DNA from: Takakia lepidozioides
Lineage: Eukaryota; Plantae; Bryophyta
Reading direction: 5' to 3'
DNA length: 64,000 bases
Assembly: GCA_030704615.1 (NCBI GenBank)
Contig: CM060731.1
Location: forward strand, 35,278,001-35,342,000
Part shown: piece by piece, positions 49,027-61,614 of the stretch
Position numbering within the stretch: the first letter of the stretch is position 1
Layout of the letters: every line of letters begins with the position of its first letter
Position numbers and translations under genes: made by a program
The notes under the pieces: generated by a model
The model's input: only the letters and a program-made list of their open reading frames with translations
Told to the model about the DNA's origin: nothing
Database searches by the model: none

Positions 49027-52000
49027 ATGGCCATGCCTTCAATAAAAAGAAGCCTTTCCAGACTTCTCCAAACTGCCGGTGAGCCGCCTATGAACTATAT
49101 CCAATTATGATCCCTTCTAACAATAGCTTCCTTTTTCTATTGACGAAACTTCAGTAGGGACTGCTGGGATTTGTGTATGGTTACACCCAGTTGTTCAATT
49201 GTTCCTTTTGTGACAAACTGTGAGTCTCAATGTATCAGTTTTTGGGTTTCGGAATCTCCGAGGGTCATTTTATGGGGATGGAGCTGAGATTATGAAATCA
49301 TTGTTTCTGCAAAAAGAAATGGAGCAGAAGTGAGCTCTGACAAGAGCAGGTCTCTCACCTAGTTAGAATATCCAAAGATCTGCTCGTATTATATTCTGCA
49401 CATTTTGATTTTTGTTCCCTTCCAAAACCCTCAGCAGGTGGCTATGAATTCCACCGACGATTATTTTCTTCGTCATTGGCCCATCTATCCACTTCGACCC
49501 AAAAGAACCTCTCATCTATGCTGGCAGCAGCTGAGACTTCACAGCTCAGGATTCCAGGCACCACAGACTCTCCAGCAGTTGATTCCAATCAGCTGACACC
49601 CACATATGTAAGCCTCCCAGCAGAGGAGGTGGTGATTGCAATGGGTGGCAATGTGGGTGACCGAGTTCAAAATTTTAACCGGGCTTTGGATCTCATGCGT
49701 GCTGCTGGCATTCAAATAACTGGGCATGCTTGCCTTTATGAAAGTTCTCCAGCCTATGTGACTGACCAGCCCTTGTTCCTAAACTCGGCAGTGAAGGCCA
49801 TAACCAAGCTTGATCCCCATGTGCTGTTGAAAACGCTGAAACAGATTGAAACCTATCTTGGGCGTACAGCAGGTGGCATAAGGTATGCCTATGAGCTAGC
49901 TACCCTTCTCTTTTTACATAGCTCTGTCATAGTGACTTGTTGACTGTTAAGCAGGGTCTTTCCCCCTCTTTCCCGTAAATAAGCAGGACAACCAGTATTA
50001 TGTGGAACATAGTTTAAGATGTAATCATGGAGTTTTTCCATAATACAATCTGTCTTTCTAGTTTAGAGAAAAGACGAAATGGGGAAGGAGGGTTTGGCTG
50101 AAGAGGACTTATTTAACATGTCAGATGTAGACTTGTTGTTTCTAGTTGTTATCGGACTTCATTAATGCCAACGTCCAATTCACAATCCTTCCAAGCCATT
50201 GGCAGTCCTGGACGCTTCTGCCGAGTGATTGGCTCTTATAGATAAAGAGCAGGGAGAAATGGGGGAGGAAAAATGTCAGATCATACTCTCGAAAAGAACA
50301 GTGAATAATTCACTTTGATAACTTGTACTCAAGTCTGTCTGAGAGGTGACCGGGATGGGATATGCAGATATGGCCCGAGACCAATGGATTTGGATATCAT
50401 CTTCTATGGAAATCACACAGTGCAAACTGAGGCACTGCAGATTCCACATTCCAGATTCTTGGAACGGCCATTTGTGCTGGCACCACTGGTGGACTTGTTG
50501 GCGGGCAGTGAGTCAAACAAATCTGGTCACTGGTCCACACACAGTTGCACCAATGGAGGTGTTTTGCAAGCCTGGCAGCAGATGGGTGGAGAGGCCTCTG
50601 TAGGAAAGGCAGGTATGCGGAGGGTTCTTCCCGTGGGCAATAAGCTTCTCGAGTGGACAGCCAAGACTTACGTCATGGGCATATTGAACGTGACCCCAGA
50701 CAGCTTTAGTGATGGCGGCAGGTAAAATTATTGATTTGTTCGTTTGGTCTTTCTTGTCACACATCTCTATCTTGCTCTGCAGGGTCTATAGGAAGCTGAA
50801 ATCTTGCAGCACACCTATTGTGCTAACTAACCCTTGATTTGCACAATCAGCTGAGCATGGCGGTCCTACACTGAACACTAGACCGAAATTTCAACTTCAA
50901 GTAGACTCCCTACCTCTCTACAGCTGCTGAGATAAGGGGAACCTGTATGTTCTGTCTGTTGCAATTATGGTGAGGTACCGATGCAAAATCTCTTGAACCA
51001 TCCAAGTGCAACCTCAACTTTCATACAGTATGGGATTTGGTATACACTGTCATGGTCAACGCGTAATAGCCCATCTGCTGAAGAAATAAGAACCTGCTGC
51101 CTCTTCTTAAAGAAAGCTCTTTTTCCATTTCCTGAATCACATTGTCATATAGAACTTAAAAACCTCAAATTGACACAGTTAACAATGAACGGTTTGAGCA
51201 GGTATATTGCTGTGGATGATGCGGTGGCACATGCTCTCACTATGGCTGCTGAGGGAGCAGATTTTATTGATGTTGGTGCCCAATCAACACGACCTGGCGC
51301 AAAAAGGCTCTCAACAGAGGAGGAACTCAGCCGCCTACTACCAGTGTTGCAGAGATTGAAGGGGCACCCTGACCTGGAGATGGTGGTGTTGTCAGTTGAC
51401 ACATTTGATTCAAGGTATTGTCTCATGGCTTGCAGGTCTTCGTAGTACTCTGTAATTTTGTTCTGTCGTTGTGCAACATGTCTATAGTTAATACTGACCT
51501 TTTTGGTATTTGAGAGACTACCGTATACCACCTTGTTCCACATGATTTTGGAGCATCCAATGTAATCAACCATTCTGTCCATAGACTGTCCTTCGTTTTT
51601 ACTGAGGAGTGTAGATTTCCATGAGGATTGAGATAAAGCATTGCATGTCAGCGTGCCCCTTTCACTCATCCAACTGTGGAAATTCCAGTGTTGGGCAGTT
51701 CTTTGATCCTAGAACAGACCCCTAGCGACCAACCCAGGTATATACCCACTTCACCAGTGGTTCTCAAAAGAAATAACCAGGGAAAACATGTAAGAGCCAA
51801 GTACGTAGTTTTGAAATAACCAAACCTTGTACCATAGGAGGAACTTTCCACTTTTGGGCGGTCATTTGATTTTTTTCATAACTTGCAGTTCCGGTGACTT
51901 CAAATTTTGGGAAATCAATAACCTCTGGTTCTGGTTACCTAAAAACCAGCCAGGTTTGTTGGTAAATAGGCTTCCTTTCTATGAAGAACAACAATAACTA

Positions 52001-52969
52001 AAATTATTAAAAGGATCAATGGATTACAGGGATTTTTCTTTTCCCGCTGTTTCAAATGATATTACAACATTTTATGGCTAGATATAACCTCTGGTTCTGG
52101 TTATTAGTAAAAATCTAAATAACTGGCAGTTCTTTAGAGGTTGGGAGGCTGGCAGACAAAAATGCATTGGTTCATTGAATTGATCAACCCTGTTGTGAAG
52201 GGACTTTTTCCCTTTAAATGAGCTTGGATGCAGTGTGTCATGAGGATCCAGGGCAGTGATTGGCCCTGTTCAGTTGTGTTCAAACTTCAAACCCAGAGAA
52301 ATATGGATTAATGACCTCAGTTGGCTCATGTAAGTGCAGTGATATTTTTCCCCTCATGGGTTTCTGTTTATATTGTACTTGCATGATGCCAGGGTGGTGC
52401 GAGAGGCAGTATGTCAAGGGGTCCAGTTAGTGAATGATGTGTCGGGGGGTGGCTTGGATCCGGAGATGCTCCAAACAGTGGCCGATTTGGGGGTCCCCTA
52501 CGTTCTTATGCACATGCGAGGAGACCCAACCACAATGCAAAGCAAGGCCAATACCAGCTATGACAATGTGTGTATGGAAGTAGGGCAAGAATTGAAGTTG
52601 CAAATTGAGCGGGCAGAGGCTTCAGGTGTGCCCGCATGGCGCATAATTACTGACCCGGGGATTGGGTTTGCTAAAACAGATGGCCAAAACTTAGAGCTTC
52701 TCAGGAACCTGCCACTTTTGAGAGAGGTTCTTGTGCAGGGAAGTACAGCAGTCGCCCATGGCCCCCTGTTAGTAGGACCTTCCAGGAAAGGATTTTTGGG
52801 AAGGATTTGTGGTCGCTTGAAAGGTGAAGAACGGGATGCAGCAACAGTTGCTGCTGCTGTTCTGGGGGCCAGAGGGGGCGCCAACATCATAAGAGCACAT
52901 AATGTGCGGGCAGTGTGTGATGCTGTGAAGGTAGTTGATGCAATCTATAAGGTCCAGCCAGCACTCTAG
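49027..52969 (+). CDS. HPPK-DHPS: Bifunctional folate synthesis enzyme HPPK-DHPS (FolK-FolP), mitochondrial, 5 coding exons
   Basis: Exons 49027-49078, 49438-49882, 50368-50721, 51202-51414 and 52393-52969. Presequence MAMPSIKRSLSRLLQTAGGYEFHRRLFSS. HPPK motifs IAMGGNVGDR and YGPRPMDLDI; DHPS motifs MGILNVTPDSFSDGG, GAQSTRPG, DPGIGFAK, GPSRKGF and IRAHNV. Confidence 0.93.
51686..52130. mobile_element. hAT-like remnant in HPPK-DHPS intron 4
   Basis: Starts CAGTGTTGGGCAG; internal repeat ATAACCTCTGGTTCTGGTTA occurs twice. No TSD confirmed. Confidence 0.4.
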
Positions 52970-53164
52970 ACATGGGAATCTCTCAGAATATTTTGTTGGG
53001 TCCCACTGTTTTGCATAGTCCATGCAATTTATTCAAGTTTCTATCACATGCTTCTGTGAGTCAAAAATGTCAAAAACGTTGTACTCAAAAGTACATTGAG
53101 TGATTGGTTGCACATGCAACCAATTATTTTACATTTTTCATCTCCAAAATAATTCTAAGTCCAA

Positions 53165-53445
53165 GAAGATCCTCGCCCCTCCCCCTGTTCCCAGTATCCG
53201 CTCCTCTGTCCCTTGTTCCAAGGCTCACTCCCTATCCCTTGTCCTCGCTCCTCTGTTCATGGTCCCCGCTCCCCTCCTCGCCCTATGGAATGTGGCTCGC
53301 TCTCCTCCTAGTGCTGTGGAACACGGCTCGCTCCCCTGTTCCCAGCCTTCTCACCCTATGGAATGCGGCTTGGCTCCCCTGTTCCCAGTTCTCGCTCCCC
53401 TCCTTGCTCCCCTATCCCATTGAGGAGCAGGGGAGCAACATTGGG
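53165..53445. repeat. C-rich degenerate repeat (CTCGCTCC / CCCCTGTTCCCA / CCCTATGGAA), TE-subterminal-like
   Basis: Motif reiteration is visible directly; it ends in a GCTCCC...GGGAGC hairpin. Confidence 0.55.
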
Positions 53446-53502
53446 ATCATGGTCTTAAAGGTGAGGAACATGAGGAGGGACCAGGAGGTGTAGAGCGTAG
53501 AC

Positions 53503-54023
53503 GGCTCAGAATTTTGTGTGGCCTCGTCGTTATGAGGCTGGTCAGGCGAACGTCAGGCCGTCTCATTAATATAGGAGCAAACTACGGGTCTCAGAATTTT
53601 GTGTGGCCTCGTTGTTATGAGGCTGGTCAGACGACCGTCAGGCCGTCTCATTAATATAGGAGCAAACTACCTTCATGCCTCAAGGAATTAGAATCTTTTT
53701 GGCATATGAATTTTACAACTACCTCCATGCAGGTAGTTTTAGGATTTTCTACCTGAAGGTAGTTGCAAAACCAAGCTGAACTACCTGCATGCCATCCACC
53801 GGAACTACGCTCAAGGAATGGAACTCATGACCTGCATGGCCACATCGCCATCGACCTATCACCAGACCACAACCTCCGCTGTGCCAATAATCTGACGTTT
53901 TTTCAATATATAAGAGAAACAGGGGAATAGGGATCCTTTTAATGTAGCGGGCCCGCTGTCAGGTCCCTGTCCCCTCTGCACCCTGCGGCCTCTTTACGAC
54001 GAGGCCACACAAAATTCTGAGGC
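53503..54023. mobile_element. Mutator-like MITE with a duplicated left end
   Basis: 26-bp TIR CTCAGAATTTTGTGTGGCCTCGTCGT at 53505, inverted at 53996-54021. 9-bp TSD AGCGTAGAC / AGCGCAGAC (8/9). The left ~81 bp is repeated in tandem at 53590. Confidence 0.85.
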
Positions 54024-54493
54024 AGCGCAGACAGGCACCTCTCGAGCTCCTGCCAGCGGGCCCCACCACCTCACACGCTTGCCTTAAACTCGTTGGATAT
54101 ATCAAGCATCAGTAATGAAACAACTTTTTCAGTTCAGTCTGTCACATGCTCAAGCGGATTTACTGCACCACAACTTCACCATCTCTCTGGACGAAGGAAA
54201 CCGCGCTGCGAGCTAAAGTATGTTCTTCCTGGCATCATTGTTGCTTTGACAATGGAAACTGCACTGTGCTGCATGGATCTGCCGTAGTAGTTGGATGCTT
54301 CAAGATGGTTGAACAGGTGGGTGTGCAGTGTGCAGTATCCTCCTCTCGTAAAGTTCATCAATTTCAGGATTGTCATACATGACCTTCAATCAGTTTCTTA
54401 TTCTTTGACTGTAGATTCTTGTCCTGCAACTTGCACCTAACTCACAGAGTCTACAAACTTTCGAGGACTGCGGTGGAGTCGACCAAACCTACA

Positions 54494-56634
54494 ATGGAAG
54501 TGGAAGTAACTATCCTATCGACAACGCCTCGTCCTAGCCAAGAGTTCCAGCTGTTGCCAAATTCGTCCTCATTTTTCCACTATGCCTCTCAAAAATACCG
54601 TCCTCTCCTTGGGGGACTGTCCCTCCTAGGAATCTTCTGCCTCTTCTCCCCCACTTTCCTCAGCAGAATCCAAGACAAATCTACGAGCCTGACGGGCTCT
54701 ACTCTGCATGCTAAAACTTCCTCCCGTGAGACGTCTCTTCCTGTTCGACGCAAAGGCCAATGAAGACCTCATCGTGGAGCAGGTCAATGAAACACTAAGG
54801 GAGAGTCTCTCAAGAGCGTTGGCAGAGTACTACCCATTAGCAGGTACTGCCGATCCTTACCGTCCGAACCTTTTCTGCTGCAAAGAAGTACCTGGACAAA
54901 GAAATGATGTCTTAAGGTAGACAACATACAGCACAGGAAATCTCCCTCAAACGGAATTTGTCATGGGAGTTATCATGAAGATGTTCCCACAGCATTTCAA
55001 TTCATCCAGCTTAGCCTATAGTCAGCACATCTGCCATAGCAAGGTAACAAAAGCTTAGTCAAAATTGTAGTTTAGAACTATTTGTGATAGTTTGCGAGCT
55101 CCAACTATGTATAAACATGTTGCATGCAGAAAGTGTCCCTGCACTCTCCAGGACTGCAAACCAATCTTGAAGAAGTACCTCGTACCTTGAGCAGCGATGA
55201 CAAGGCGGAGAGAATACTGTTTGTACGATAAACTAACTACTAGTCTGTCATACCAGCTTCGCTATTGACTTCGGAAAGGCTCGTTAACAACGTTGGGAGA
55301 CCGTGGTAATTAATCTTGTGCAGGAAGGCTTGTACATGAGGAAGATGGGGCGGCAGTCATCAACTGTAACAATGCAGGGGTGGAGTTTATAGAGGCTTCA
55401 GCTCCTATCTCTGTGCGGGAGCTGAAGAATTACAACATGGCTTCCACCTATCAACACTTTGCTCAATCAATTCCCTTCAAAATGGAGGACCTGGGAACTT
55501 GTTGCGGCCCTCTCTTCGGTGCCCAGGTCAGCTTCCTGTACACATCCCCGCGTCACTTCATAGTTTTTATGTCAAGGTGATGATTGTGTGCAATTAATAG
55601 TATATACAATTAGCTTAGCACTCCTCAATGCAGATGTGACCCAAGTCGAGTTTATGAACGAATCCGCTCTCTTTGAAATATGCAGGTCACCCATCTCAAG
55701 TGCGGCGGCTTTGCAATCGGCTATGCCTACTTCCATGCAATTTCAGATGGAGAAACGATGTCGCAATTTATGAAGTCGTGGGCAGCGGCTGCTCGTGGGG
55801 AACCGATCTCCCTTCCTCCCAGTTTGAGCTCACGCGCGAATGTAATCAAATTGGCATCAGCCAACTCAGACCCAGAAACCCTAAGTTCGAAGGTTTTTAC
55901 CATTCGGAAATTACCATTGGCGGGTGATCAATTCTATGGGTCCTAGTGCAATGGCTGTCCCGGACCGAACAACTCTGCACATTCTTTTTTATCTACCAAC
56001 GCAGAAGAAGCTCAAAGCTAAGCATTGGAGGATGTACCAGATGGGTCTACGTTCAGTACGTATGTAGTGATCAGTGCGCATCTCTGGAGGGCCATTACCC
56101 GGGCTCGATTGCTTGCAGATATGGAGGAGACTCGATACGTCAATACTGCTGGTTGCAGAAAACGGTTGCCAGAGCTTCCTCAGAACTATTTTGGAAATGC
56201 TTTTATTGACGGGGTGGCCGCAGTCACCAATGTGAGAAAGCCTTTGGAAAATGGACTTTCATATGCTGCAAACCTCCTGCACAAGTCAATTGCAGACGTG
56301 ACTGGTGAACACATTAGGTCTCTTTTGACCATGATGGAGAAAGAAAGAAAAAGAATGGATCTTCTCCCTGGATGACCGACCTACGGATGTGACTGCAGCT
56401 GGTTCGACTCATTTTCCGAGTCTTGAACACTCTGACTTCGGATGGGCGTTTTACTATCCTTTCATGTACGAGGCGACTCCCTCTGCCTTCATTTACTGGA
56501 GACCAAGGCTTAGCGACGGCACAATCGAAATGCTCTTCAAATTGCCTCCCGACGTTTCCAAGAGATTGCAGGAGTACGAAGACTTCATGTCGTGTGTATC
56601 GTGTCTCACCTCTCTCACACTTGAGTGGAGATAG
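54494..56634 (+). pseudogene. BAHD acyltransferase, disrupted by frameshifts and stops
   Basis: Motifs LSRALAEYYPLAG|RL, CNNAGVEFIEA, Q|VTHLKCGG, HAISD (HxxxD), NYFGNA and DFGWA. Frame breaks in exon 1 and near 55940, 56020 and 56375. Confidence 0.85.
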
Positions 56635-57930
56635 TACACATTCCAACTGTTCTACACAAAAGCTAAGTTTTGCTCGGATTAGCATCCCTAGCCTGATTGC
56701 TATTGCATATTGTTTTGTTTTGTTTGGTTTGTTTGTATGTACGTTATATCTCCCAAACCGCAAGGCCTCCGCCCAAGTTCTTGATGAGTAGGGGTGCATC
56801 GAGGCGGTCTCATTATTTTTAGACAGGAGATATTGAATTTCAAGTAGTTTTTGTAGCCGGAAATACCTGAAAACAAGCAAATTGGTTTTTTCTGGAATAC
56901 TTGTTATAGGATACAATATGTGCTCTACAGCACATTCCACTCTAGTATTTAATACATGTGCATTTTATGAAGATGAATTGATTGGAAGTGAATTATTGCC
57001 CACTCTCCAACTACTCGCATGTCAGTCCAAGCATGCAAGGAACTAAAGGTAGATAGAAACTGTAGTCAAGCTTTGGTAAACCAATGTGATTAGATTGGAG
57101 AAGAGAGCGCAAAGACCTCAACTCGCAAACCCCATGTCCATATCCAAGAATGCAAAGAGTGGCAGACCTTTAAACTAGGAGCAAAGTATGGCATGTTAAT
57201 CTCCTATGTGCTCAAGGAAAGTTCTTTCATATGCCTTATCACTTTGTTCAGACAAATTCATATTGAAAATGAAGTGAATATTAACATTGTTATCCAAAGG
57301 TATTATTGTTGCAAGAAAGCAAAACAACGCATACATAAGATGGAAAATTCTAGCGACGACCGAAGGTCGAGAGCTAGTTTAGCGTAGAGCAGGAATAGGG
57401 TGCCATAGTGCCACATCATCGTCGCCACGTTTCGTACGTCGTCAATTTCTTTCTATCTGCCCGGATTGCCCGAAAAATCCGAAAATAACTTCTTGAACGA
57501 AGTAACCCTTCGTCGAGACTGACCCTGTTCTTCCCTGCTTCTGTTTGATGTTCAAAGGAGAGAGAGAGAGAGACAATGGCTACATAGGTTGATAAGGCCT
57601 GGCATTTAGAACAGGTTTAGATAGGTTTGGCTTGCCGAGACGATCTATAATATACAGCCATGAAGTGTCAAGAAGGGTTAGAAAGAGCTCGACTGTGCGG
57701 AGGGCATTTCTTCAAACGGCGCATCCAGGAGAGCGTTCTCCAGTGAGAATCCCAGGGAAAAAGGTGAGCATATTTATCCTTCACAATGGTGGGACAACCT
57801 ACATATCAAGGTTTAGAGGGTTTACCCCTAGGACGCCTCTCTTTCTTCTTACATGATGTGAAGAAGGTTTTCTGTTCTGCAAAAGTGGCTGTCCCTGTCT
57901 GTATCATAGGTTGTTGTTCCTAAACAGGCC

Positions 57931-60847
57931 ATGAAATTGCATTGCGCAAGGGTTTTTCTTGGTGTTTACAAGGTACTTGGGAGGGTCTTCTTGGTTTTGG
58001 GAGGCCGTCTTATTGATAGCTACAAGAAACCTGCATGAGTAGATGGTCAACTGCAAGCAGCAGCAGGGGCACAATTGATAAAATCAGGCACTCTCACAAT
58101 GACCACAGCCTCCAAAAGAGGACCAAGAGAGGGAGTCCACAGGACCTCTTCTGGAAATTCCGGGTATATGAGGACACTATGTGAGGCAGGGAAACTGAAA
58201 GAGGCTCTTCAAATTTTGAACCAAGGAAGCATTTCAGCAGGTACAGATACTTATGTCTGTCTCTTGCATGCGTGCGTCAAGATGAACGGCCTGGAAATGG
58301 GAAAGCAGGTGCACTCTCACATTACCCAAAGTGGATTCAAACCAAATGTTTTTCTACAGAACACCCTTGTGAACATGTATGTTTAATGCGGGAGCATCAT
58401 GGCTGCACACCAAGTGTTCAACAAAATGCCTGAACGAGGTTTGTTCACATGGAATACAATGATGGTAGGATTTACCAAGTATGGGTGTGGTAAGAATGCC
58501 TTGGAGACATATGAGCAAATGATGCAAGAAGGGGTGAAGCCCAACCGGGTCACATTCGTTTGCGTTTGCAATGCATGTGCAAGCCTGGCAGCCCTAGAAA
58601 ATGGCAAAGAGATCCATGGTGACATCATCAAAGCTGGAATTGTACCCTCATGGGAATGTATGACAAATGCGGCAGCATCAAAGATGCAAAGGGGGTGTTC
58701 GACAATATGGCTGCACAGGATGTGGTGTCCTGGAATGCAATAATCGCAGGATATGCCAGGCATGGGTGTGGCATAGAGGCTTTGGAGACCTATGAGCAAA
58801 TGATGCAGGAAGGAGTGAAGCCCAACCGGATCACATTTGTGTGTGTCTGCAATGCGTGTGTGAGCCTGGCAGCCCTGGAAAAGGGCAAAGAGGTCCATGG
58901 TGATGTAATCAAAGCTGGACTTGTACCAGATGTCATTCTGAACACTACCCTCGTGGATATGTATGCCAAATGTGGCAGCATCGAAGATGCAAAGGGAGTG
59001 TTCAAAAATATGACTGAACGAGATGTGGTGTCCTGGAATGCGATGATTGCAGGATATGTGCAGCATGGGTGTGGCATGGAGGCTTTGGAGACCTATGAGC
59101 AAATGATGCAGGAAGGGTGAAGCCCAACCGGGCCACATTTGTTTGTATTTGCAATGCATGTGTGAGCCTGGCAGCCCTGGAAAAGGGCAAAGAGGTCCAT
59201 GGTGACATTATCAAAGCTGGAATTGTATCAGATGTCATTCTGAACACTGCCCTCATGGACATGTATGCCAAATGTGGCAGCATCGGAGATGCAAAGGGAG
59301 TGTTCGAGAATATGGTTGAACGGGATGTAGTGTCCTGGAATATAATGATTGCAGGATATGCCCAGCATGGATATGAGCTGGAGGCTTTGGAGACCTATGA
59401 GCAAATGATGCAGGAAGGGGTGAAGCCCAACCGGGTCACATTCACTTGCATTTGCAATGCATGCGCGAGCCTGTCAGCACTGGAAAAAGGCAAAGAGGTC
59501 CATGAAGACATCATCAAAGCTGGAATCGTACCAGATCTGATTCTGAACAATACCCTTGTGGACATGTATGCCAAATGCAGCAACATCAGAGGTGCAAAGG
59601 GAGAGTTTGACAATATGGCTGAACGAGATGTAGTGTCCTGGAGTTCGATGATTGCAGGATATGTGCAGCATGGGTGTGGGATGGAGGCTTTGGAGACTTA
59701 TGAGCAAATGATGCAGGAAGGTGTGAAGCCCAACCGGGTCACATTTGTTTGTGTTTGCAATGCGTGTGCGGGCCTGGCAGCCCTGGAAAAGGGTAGGAAG
59801 GTCCATGGTGACATCATCAAAGCTGGGATTGTACCAGATGTCATTTTGAACAATACCCTCCTGGACATGTATGCCAAATGTGGCAGCATTGAAGATGCAA
59901 AGGCAATGTTCGAAAGTATGGCTGAGCGAACTGTGGTGTCCTGGAATGTGATGATTGCAGGATATGCCCAGCATGGTTGTCATAGGGAGGCCCTGCAACT
60001 ATTTGAAGGAATGCAAAATGAAGGCTTGAAGCTAGACAATATCACCTTCATATGTGTTACTGTTCTCTCCGCATGCAGCCATGTTGGCCTAGTGGATGAA
60101 GCACGACACTACTTTAATTCCCTGAGTCAAGATCACGCTGTCACTCCAAAAGTAGAGCACTTTGGCTGCATGGTCAACCTTCTTGGCCCTGCAGGGCAAT
60201 TGGATGAGGCAGAGGACTTCATTAACAATATGCCAATCAAACCAGATGTTGTGGTGTGGATGGCCTTGCTTGGTGCCTGCAGAGTTCATGGCAATGTGGA
60301 GATGGCAGAACGTGCGGCAACATCTATTTTCAAGTTGGATGAACAGGATGCTGCAACTTACGTATTGTTATCAAACATCTATGCTGCAGCTGGCAGGTGG
60401 GACGAGACTGCAAAGGTGATGAAAATGATGAAGGTCAGAGGGGTTAGAAAGGAGTGAGGTCAGTGCTGCATTAAGATAGTGCACACCTTCATTGTAGATG
60501 ACACATTCCATCCAAAATTCAAGGAAATCTATGCTGAGCTGGGAAGATTGTCTGGGCAGATGAAGGAGGCAGGGTATGTGTCTGACACTCTCGCTTTGTA
60601 TTGCATGATATGGAGGAGGAGCAAAAGGAATTTTCTCTTTGCTACCACAGTGAGAAGCTGGCCATTGCTTTTGGGATGATCAGCACGCCCCCTGGGACGT
60701 GTCATCAAAAATCTTCGGGTGTGTGGTCACTGCCACACCGCCACCAAGTTCATCTCCAAGATTGTTGGCTCAGCAATTGTTGTACAAGATGCCAATCGCT
60801 TTCACCACTTTGATGGCTGGGTGTGTTCTTGTGGAGACTATTGGTGA
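57931..60847 (+). pseudogene. PLS-class PPR-E1-E2-DYW (C-to-U editing factor type) pseudogene with an N-terminal PDF-motif remnant
   Basis: ATG at 57931, ~20 P/L/S motifs, E1/E2, HSEKLA, CxxCH and CSCGDYW-stop at 60847. Stops at 58036, 58384 and 60455; frameshifts at ~58650, ~59117 and within the DYW domain. Confidence 0.9.
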
Positions 60848-61614
60848 AACAGCAGCATCCATGAAAAGAAAGTGCACCACTTAAACATGAAGGGTGAAAG
60901 GTATCATGTTTTGTAACTGAATAGTAAAGCGGTAGGAAGAGCAGAGCTGACAAACCATTTGCTGTCGCATTTTTTGTGAGCTTTCCACCATGGATAAAGG
61001 ATCATCCAACACTAGCAGTGAAGTCCCGGGAAAAAACAGTTCCATCATCGTCTTTCTTCTACAGATTTGTATGTTTTCCTGATTCCAACATTTATTTCTC
61101 TGTGCACCTCGATGTGTTTTATTGTTCTCTCCTTCTGTTTCTCTCCGTAATAGAGTATCCAAAGATTTTAACATCTACCGTTGTTGTAAGGTACTAGCTT
61201 TGATAACACCTGGGGAAAAGGAGGGCAGCTGTGCTCAAGATCAACAGAATCAACGATTATCTGGAACGACCGCTTCCCGCCATGTTGGTAGCTCTTGTAG
61301 TGTAGCTCTCGTAGTGCTAGACAGTCAGAAGAGCCTGAGGAATCTGATGTTAATTGGTGCCACAAGCGCTCTCTTAGGAAGGGAAAATCTAAGGCCCATC
61401 TTTCTTTCTTTTCTTTTAGGCACTAGAACCGTGAACGCCAGCTTCTAGTCCTTCACAGCTCCATACCCTCGCTGCGGAATCTTCTTGTCCTAAGCTTCCT
61501 GCAGCTCTTCCTGTTTTTAGGTTGGGGCGGTGTCCCCGTGTCCCCTTTCTCATCCTCATGGTCTGTACTCCGAGGTTATTTTTTCCTCACTTATTTCAAT
61601 ACATTTCCCTGGCC

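Noticed and set aside
53505-53670. CRISPR-like direct repeats
   Set aside because: Only two ~81-bp copies with no spacers in a eukaryotic context; they are the duplicated left end of a MITE.
58383-60289. Long antisense ORFs over the PPR array
   Set aside because: Shadow frames of the repetitive PPR coding sequence.
60440-60847. U-to-C (DYW:KP) editing factor, or stop codons rescued by editing
   Set aside because: The domain has a PG-type box (KEPG in the 62178 copy), HSE and a terminal DYW, so it is the C-to-U type. Frameshifts in a nuclear gene cannot be repaired by organellar editing.
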